In this document: positions 56,547-64,000 of the stretch, piece after piece
Position numbering within the stretch: the stretch's first letter is position 1
Layout of the letters: every line of letters begins with the position of its first letter
Source: Eledone cirrhosa
Taxonomy: Eukaryota
NCBI GenBank assembly: GCA_964016885.1
Contig: OZ024741.1
Span: 308,574,001 to 308,638,000 of the forward strand
Length of the DNA: 64,000 bases
Direction of reading: 5' to 3'
Notes under the pieces: generated by a model
The model's database searches: none
Told to the model about the DNA's origin: nothing
The model's input: only the letters and a program-made list of their open reading frames with translations
Translations under genes and position numbers: made by a program

Positions 56547-57185
56547 ATGTCACTGTCGGAGTGCATGTAATGTGTATGTGTATGTGTATGCATGCATGTG
56601 TGTGTCTACCTGTGTGGATGTATGTGTATGTGTGTGTGTGTGGTGTGTATGCATGCATGTATGTGTCTCAATATGGGTGTATGTATGTGCATGTGTGTTT
56701 TAGTATGAGGGTGTGTGAACACAGACACACACACATTCACAGGCCTGTGTATATGAGAGTTAGAATGATAAATATAGAGAGAAAGAGAGACAAAACGGTG
56801 AAGGATAGAGAGAGAGAGAGAGACAACCAAAATAAGCAATAATTGTAGTAGGTGTTGATGGTGGTGGTGGCAGGTGTAGTGGTGGTGGCAGGTGTGGTGG
56901 TGGTGGTGATGATGGTGAGAAGTGGTGGTTTATAAATGATATTAAGTAGAAGGATGGTATTGATGGTGTTGGTGTTATGGGTGGTGGTGGTGGTGGTGGT
57001 GGTGGTGGTGGTGGCAGTGGTGGTGATTGCGGTGGTGGTGGTGATCGTAGTGATGGTGGTAGTGGTGGTGGTGCTGATGGTGGTGGTAATGGTGATGGTA
57101 ACTATATAGGAATTTCTTCTTTTGTCAGTCAGTGAGATAAACAATAAAAATGGGGACAGGAAAAAAATTTAAGACACAGAAGTAC

Positions 57186-57219
<34 letters not shown>

Positions 57220-57232
57220 GTGTAGTGTGTGT

Positions 57233-57266
<34 letters not shown>

Positions 57267-57285
57267 TGTGTGTGTGTTTATATGC

Positions 57286-57362
<77 letters not shown>

Positions 57363-57372
57363 TGTAGTGTGT

Positions 57373-57429
<57 letters not shown>

Positions 57430-57816
57430 TATGCAGTTGTAAGTCACATGCATATAGACATATAGACATACATACACAGGAAATCCCCAATAGATTAGAT
57501 AAATAGACAAAGAAAAACTATCTCTCTCAATACATATATACATATGCGTGTGTCTGTATGTATGTAGGTAGATAGATAGATAAATATAGATAGATACATA
57601 GACAGATAACCAGAGACACAGACATACAGACAGACAGATATGAGGTTGACAGGGCAGTAACGTGACAATCTGTGCAGTATTTAAGATAGGGGGTAGCCTA
57701 GCATAGAGTATATAAAGTGAGTGAAATCACACCAGTAATAATAGTTGACAGGAAATCACTAATGATTTCTCTAACTACAAAGTCCCCATCACAAAAAGAT
57801 AATGCTTGTCTCTGTT

Positions 57817-57863
<47 letters not shown>

Positions 57864-57904
57864 GTATATATATATATACATGTATGTAGATATATATATG
57901 TATG

Positions 57905-57938
<34 letters not shown>

Positions 57939-58014
57939 TGTATGTATATATGTGTGAGTGTGTATGTATATATATATATATATGTATGTATATATAACAG
58001 TTTATATATATATG

Positions 58015-58051
<37 letters not shown>

Positions 58052-58121
58052 GTATGTGTATGTACATATATATATACATGTATATATATATATATATATG
58101 TATGTGTATGTACATATATAT

Positions 58122-58161
<40 letters not shown>

Positions 58162-58182
58162 ATGTACATATATATATACATG

Positions 58183-58265
<83 letters not shown>

Positions 58266-58341
58266 TACCCACTCTACTACCCTAAGTATTGAGTACTTTG
58301 GTGTGTTATGGTCCATCTGATTCCTTACCACATTTCCTTCG

Positions 58342-58419
<78 letters not shown>

Positions 58420-60422
58420 TTATTTGTGTGTGTGCATGTGTGTGCATATATATATGTATATATACACAAATGTATATACATATATAACCTCTGAGCAAAG
58501 TCATGTGACTTGTAAGTCATGAGATTTGAAAGATATGGTACTTGGTACATTTGGTGAGCAAATATTCATAAAAAAATAGGTTTATTTGAAATCCTAAAAT
58601 GTATTCAGTTCTTTATTGTATGTATGACTTGTTTTTGAAGCTTTATACTGTGATTAAGAGCTTAGTTTCACTTCATGGTGTCAGGTTTATTCCCACAGTG
58701 TAGCATCTGGGAAAGTCCCTGGTGTTAGGGACCCAGGCTGATCAATGCCTTGTAAGTGAAATTTGGTAAACAGAAACTGCAGAAGCCCCTTTGTGTATAT
58801 ATATGTGTGAGTATGGGTGTATGTTTGTATGTGTGTGAACATACATATATATTTATATATCTGTGTGTGTATACAGGTGTGTGTTTGTATGTGTGTGAAC
58901 ATATATATATATTTATATATCTGTGTTTGTATACAGGTGTGTGTTTGTATGTGTGTGAACATATATATATATTTATATATCTGTGTTTGTATGTGTGGGA
59001 ACATATGTATATATATACATATATATATGTTCAATCGATCAACAAGATCCCATACCTCATTCGCTTAATGAGTAGGATGGAGCTTGTCAATCCAGGAGTA
59101 ACAGGTTGACGCACACGTATATACATACATAGATATACATATACATACATATATACATACACACACACACACACATTCCTTAACTGCTAAGTCAGTGTTC
59201 AATTCCTTAGCCTTTCACCTGTCTCCTACACAACATTTTAGTTACTTGATATTACTGTCGATAATTAGTACAGTATTGTCACTTCTTTCATTAAGATTCA
59301 TGTGAGGCATATTATTATAATGTGCTAAACTTCCATAGCATGTTTTACATTGTCATTTTCTGTGTTATTTTCTAAGACATGTGGAAGTTAAACCCTTTTG
59401 ATACAAACTCATCCAAGACTGGCTCTAGTTCTATGAAACAATTGCTATTTAAATTCAAATCATGGAACATAATTTTATTCTAGAATCATATGCTATGTTA
59501 TTACCTAAGTAATGAAGTTATAAACAATTTTAGTAAATCTGTCAAAATTCTTCATTAATTAATTGAAATAGAGAGGGATTGAGAAAGAGTATGTAGCACA
59601 GAGATCAGAGAGTCACTCCAGGTAGATCCACTACTTCTCCGAATTGAGAGATTACAGCTCCGGTACTATGATCATGTGGTTAGAATGTTGCAGGAAAGAA
59701 TCTTTGGACAGGTTTTGTGGGCAAAATCAACCGGCAGGAGACCCAGAGGTAGATCCCAAGCAAGATGATTAGATAACGTCCATGAGCTTAGGGAGGGAAA
59801 ACTCAACTAAATCGACCCCAGTGCATTACTGGAGCTTTTTTTTTTATCGCACCTGGAGGATGAAAAGCAAAGCTAACCTCAGCGGGATTTGAACCCAGAA
59901 CGTAAAGGGCCATAACTATGCTGCAAAGTATGGTGTCTGATGTATTACTGATACTGCCAATCCACCACCCTGAGAATGTTATATAACAAAATCCTTCCAA
60001 ATTATTTGAAAAATATAGGCAGTGCCTTTCATAAGAAATATGGTAATGAAGGTCTGTTGGGTATGATATTATCAACCAGGCCAGGTGCAATAGTCTCTTG
60101 TTAAGTCATATATACGTGATGAGGAATAACACAAAATGGACAGGTGACAGGAAACATACACTGATAGGATAAATGTGACCAATTGGTTGTGGGTGTTGTA
60201 TTAAAGATGTGCTGTTTATCATTATTACATAGATAACTCAAGAATTTAAGTGAAATTTCAATGTTAGTAGAGATAATGTAAATATAAAGATATATAAGTA
60301 TTGTTTCTATAACTATGTATGAATATATATAATTATAATTCTATATTTATATATTGTATATGTACATAAGTAATATATATGTAAGGCAGCGAATTGTCAG
60401 TAGAATGCTGGATAGAATCAAC

Positions 60423-60764
60423 ATCATCATCATCATCATCATTTTACGTCCGCTTTTCCCTGCTTGCAAGGGTGGGATGGGAACTGATTCTGGCTTGATT
60501 TCTACAGCTGGATGCCCTTCCTAACACCAACCTCATTTACAGTGAGTGCTGGGTGCTTTTTTGCCAGGGCACCTCCACGACCACTTTGCAGTGGAATGAT
60601 AGGGACCCCAGTCCCTATCATCACATTTCTACAGCTGAGTAAGCTGGGGCAATGTGAAATAAAGTGTTTTGCTCAAGGAAACAACACACCATCCGGTCTG
60701 AGAATTGAACTCACAACCTTTCGATTGCAACGCCAATGCTCTAACCACTAAGCCATGTGCCTCC
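60423..60764 (-). mobile_element. SINE family A copy, full length
   Basis: Reverse complement of family A from head to tail. Confidence 0.85.
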
Positions 60765-61456
60765 AGAATGTATTGCAGTATTTGTTTCGGCTTTCTGCTC
60801 TCTGAGTTCAAATTCTGCCGAGGTCAACTTTGCTTTTCACTTTGCTTATTCACCTGTATATCTTTTTCTCACTTCCATTCTCTCCCACACTATCCTTTCT
60901 TGAAGAAATCTGCTGTATCCGCACCTGAAGAGGAGATGGGCTCCAGCAGGCTTTAAAAAATAAAAATGCCCTAGAAACACTGTATGTCAATATGGCACCC
61001 CTACACCTCCCGCAGGAGTTATGGGACTAAGAATGTATATATATATATATATATATATGAAAATATTCAGGACTCCGACGGCTGGAGCTTGGCCATTGGG
61101 GTCTTGAATCTTTTCATATTATATCCCAAGTATCGAGTACCTGGTATCTTACCACACCCTCTTTGTTCTTTGGTATATATATATATATATATATATGGGT
61201 GTGTGTGTGTGTGTGTGTGTATGGTGGTGCCCCAGCATGGCCTCAGCCAGATGGCTGGAACAGGCAAAAGAGTAAAAGAGTAATATGTATATGTATATAT
61301 ATATATATATAGAATTGGTGTGGGATGCTTAAAGCGTCCGTATGCGGTAGGCTGTTTGAGCACTCAATGCTCTTACAGAGCAGAGTATAATATCACATGT
61401 GATATATATATATAATTATCCATCTATTTATTGGACATGTATATATTACATTATAT

Positions 61457-61645
61457 GGCGGTGGATTGGCAGTATCGGTAGAGGGTCGGACGCCATGCTT
61501 TCCAGCATAGTTACGTCCCTTTACGATCTGAGTTCAAATCCCGCCGAGGTTGACTTTGCCTTTCATCCTTACGGGGTCGATAAAATAAAGTACCAGTAAT
61601 GCACTGGATAATTGCTGGCCTTGTGCCTAAAGTAGAAACAATTAT
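61457..61645 (+). mobile_element. SINE family B copy
   Basis: Almost identical to the 48804 copy. Confidence 0.8.
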
Positions 61646-61916
61646 ATATACACACAAAATAAGTTTGGCCCTATAGTCTTAAATCTGGTCTTATATCATC
61701 AATATGGGGTGAATGTGATAGTAATGAAGCAGTAAGGTCATTGTTACGTCCACTCTACACCTTCAGAAGAAGGAGAGGAGAAGGAGGTATTTAGTGTTAG
61801 TCATTCAGTACATATTTTTAATCCACTGACCTCTAACTTCATTGAACAACCAAAACAAACAAAAAATATTTTATTTACTCAAATTTCCTCATAGTCCAAT
61901 TTAATCCCTTCTCTGC

Positions 61917-62015
<99 letters not shown>

Positions 62016-62383
62016 GAGAGAGAGAGAGAGAGAGAGTGAGAGAGAGAGAGATCATATATATATATATACACATACATATACGCACACATACATATACATA
62101 CACACACATACACACACACACACACATATATATGTAGGTGGCGAATTGGCAGAGTCGTTACAATGTGGGATACCATGCTTGGTGCTATTTTAGCTCTCTG
62201 TTCTCCGAGTTCAAATCCCGCTGAGCTTAACTTTACCTTTCTTCCATCCAAAGTTGATAAAAAATGTACCAGTCTAGTACTGGGGTCGATTCCTCCTCTA
62301 TATCCCTTTCTCACTTCTGTTCTGACACTCTCTATTCTTCTCTGGACGAAATATACTTTATTCAGTGTTTGGTTAATACCTGG

Positions 62384-64000
62384 CATGAATTGGGGTAGGT
62401 AGCCTTTATGGCATGAATTGAGGTAGGTAGCTATTAGGGTAGGGTATTGAGGTAGGTAGCTATTATGGGAGGGTATGGAGGTAGGTAGCTATTAGGGTAG
62501 GGTATTGAGGTAGGTAGCTATTATGGTAGGGTATTGAGATAGGTAGCTATTATGGTAGGGTATTGAGGTAGGTAGCTATTATGGGAGGGTATTGAGGTAG
62601 GTAGCTATTATGGGAGGGTGTTGAGGTAGGTAGCTATTATGGGAGGGTATTGAGGTAGGTAGCTATTATGGGAGGGTATGGAGGTAGGTAGCTATTATGG
62701 TAGGGTATTGAGGTAGGTAGCTATTATGGTAGGGTATTGAGATAGGTAGCTATTATGGGAGGGTATTGAGGTAGGTAGCTATTATGGTAGGGTATTGAGG
62801 TAGGTAGCTATTATGGGAGGGTATTGAGGTAGGTAGCTATTATGGGAGGGTATGGAGGTAGGTAGCTATTATGGTAGGGTATTGAGATAGGTAGCTATTA
62901 TGGGAGGGTATTGAGGTAGGTAGCTATTATGGTAGGGTATTGAGGTAGGTAGCTATTATGGGAGGGTATTGAGGTAGGTAGCTATTATGGGAGGGTGTTG
63001 AGGTAGGTAGCTATTATGGGAGGGTATTGAGGTAGGTAGCTATTATGGCATGAATTGGGGTAGGTAGCTATTATGGTAGGGTATTGAGGTAGGTAGCTAT
63101 TATGGGAGGGTATTGAGGTAGGTAGCTAATATGGTAGGGTATTGAGGTAGGTAGCTATTATGGTAGGGTATTGAGATAGGTAGCTATTATGGGAGGGTAT
63201 TGAGGTAGGTAGCTATTATGGTAGGGTATTGAGGTAGGTAGCTATTATGGGAGGGTATTGAGGTAGGTAGCTATTATGGGAGGGTGTTGAGGTAGGTAGC
63301 TATTATGGGAGGGTATTGAGGTAGGTAGCTATTATGGCATGAATTGGGGTAGGTAGCTATTATGGTAGGGTATTGAGGTAGGTAGCTATTATGGGAGGGT
63401 ATTGAGGTAGGTAGCTATTATGGCATGAATTGGGGTAGGTAGCTATTATGGTAGGGTATTGAGGTAGGTAGCTATTATGGCAGGGTATTGAGGTAGGTAG
63501 CTATTATGGGAGGGTATTGAGGTAGGTAGCTATTATGGGAGGGTGTTGAGGTAGGTAGCTATTATGGGAGGGTATTGAGGTAGGTAGCTATTATGGTAGG
63601 GTATTGAGATAGGTAGCTATTATGGGAGGGTATTGAGGTAGGTAGCTATTATGGCAGGGTATTGAGGTAGGTAGCTATTATGGCAGGGTATTGAGGTAGG
63701 TAGCTATTATGGTAGGGTATTGAGGTAGGTAGCTATTATGGTAGGGTGTTGAGGTAGGTAGCTATTATGGTAGGGTATTGAGGTAGGTAGCTATTATGGT
63801 AGGGTATTGAGGTAGGTAGCTATTATGGGAGGGTATTGAGGTAGGTAGCTATTATGGGAGGGTATTGAGGTAGGTAGCTATTATGGTAGGGTATTGAGGT
63901 AGGTAGCTATTATGGGAGGGTATTGAGGTAGGTAGCTATTATGGTAGGGTATTGAGGTAGGTAGCTATTATGGGAGGGTATTGAGGTAGGTAGCTATTAT
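62384..64000. repeat. 29-bp G-rich minisatellite GTATTGAGGTAGGTAGCTATTATGG(G/T)AGG, ~55 copies, runs off the window
   Basis: Period 29, e.g. GCTATT at 62575 and 62604. Confidence 0.97.

Noticed and set aside
62384-64000. Regular 29-bp repeat as a possible CRISPR array
   Set aside because: Head-to-tail units without unique spacers, no cas genes, and a eukaryotic context.

Overview
AT-rich, microsatellite-saturated animal genomic DNA. The repeat landscape suggests an octopus/coleoid cephalopod, which is an inference. One host gene is visible on the minus strand: the last three coding exons of a prospero/PROX1 orthologue (53562-53716, 39738-39882, 11665-11850), encoding the homeo-prospero domain and separated by 13.7 kb and 27.9 kb GT-AG introns. 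The homeodomain exon is not preceded by an AG acceptor. It is preceded by a consensus U12 branch site (TTCCTTAAC) and an AC acceptor at the position of the Drosophila prospero AT-AC intron, so the upstream intron is a >10 kb minor-spliceosome intron running off the window. The introns hold RTE-clade LINE copies with a PHD-like finger, two abundant tRNA-derived SINE families, MITEs and large satellites. They also hold a family of short non-coding inserts in (TA)n tracts that carry hammerhead-ribozyme cores: one complete type I hammerhead in a ~0.63 kb terminally redundant unit, several in long fold-back palindromes, and many decayed copies. These resemble Penelope-like or retrozyme-like elements. 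Nearly all other ORFs in the track are translations of simple repeats. All calls were made by eye; repeat boundaries are approximate.
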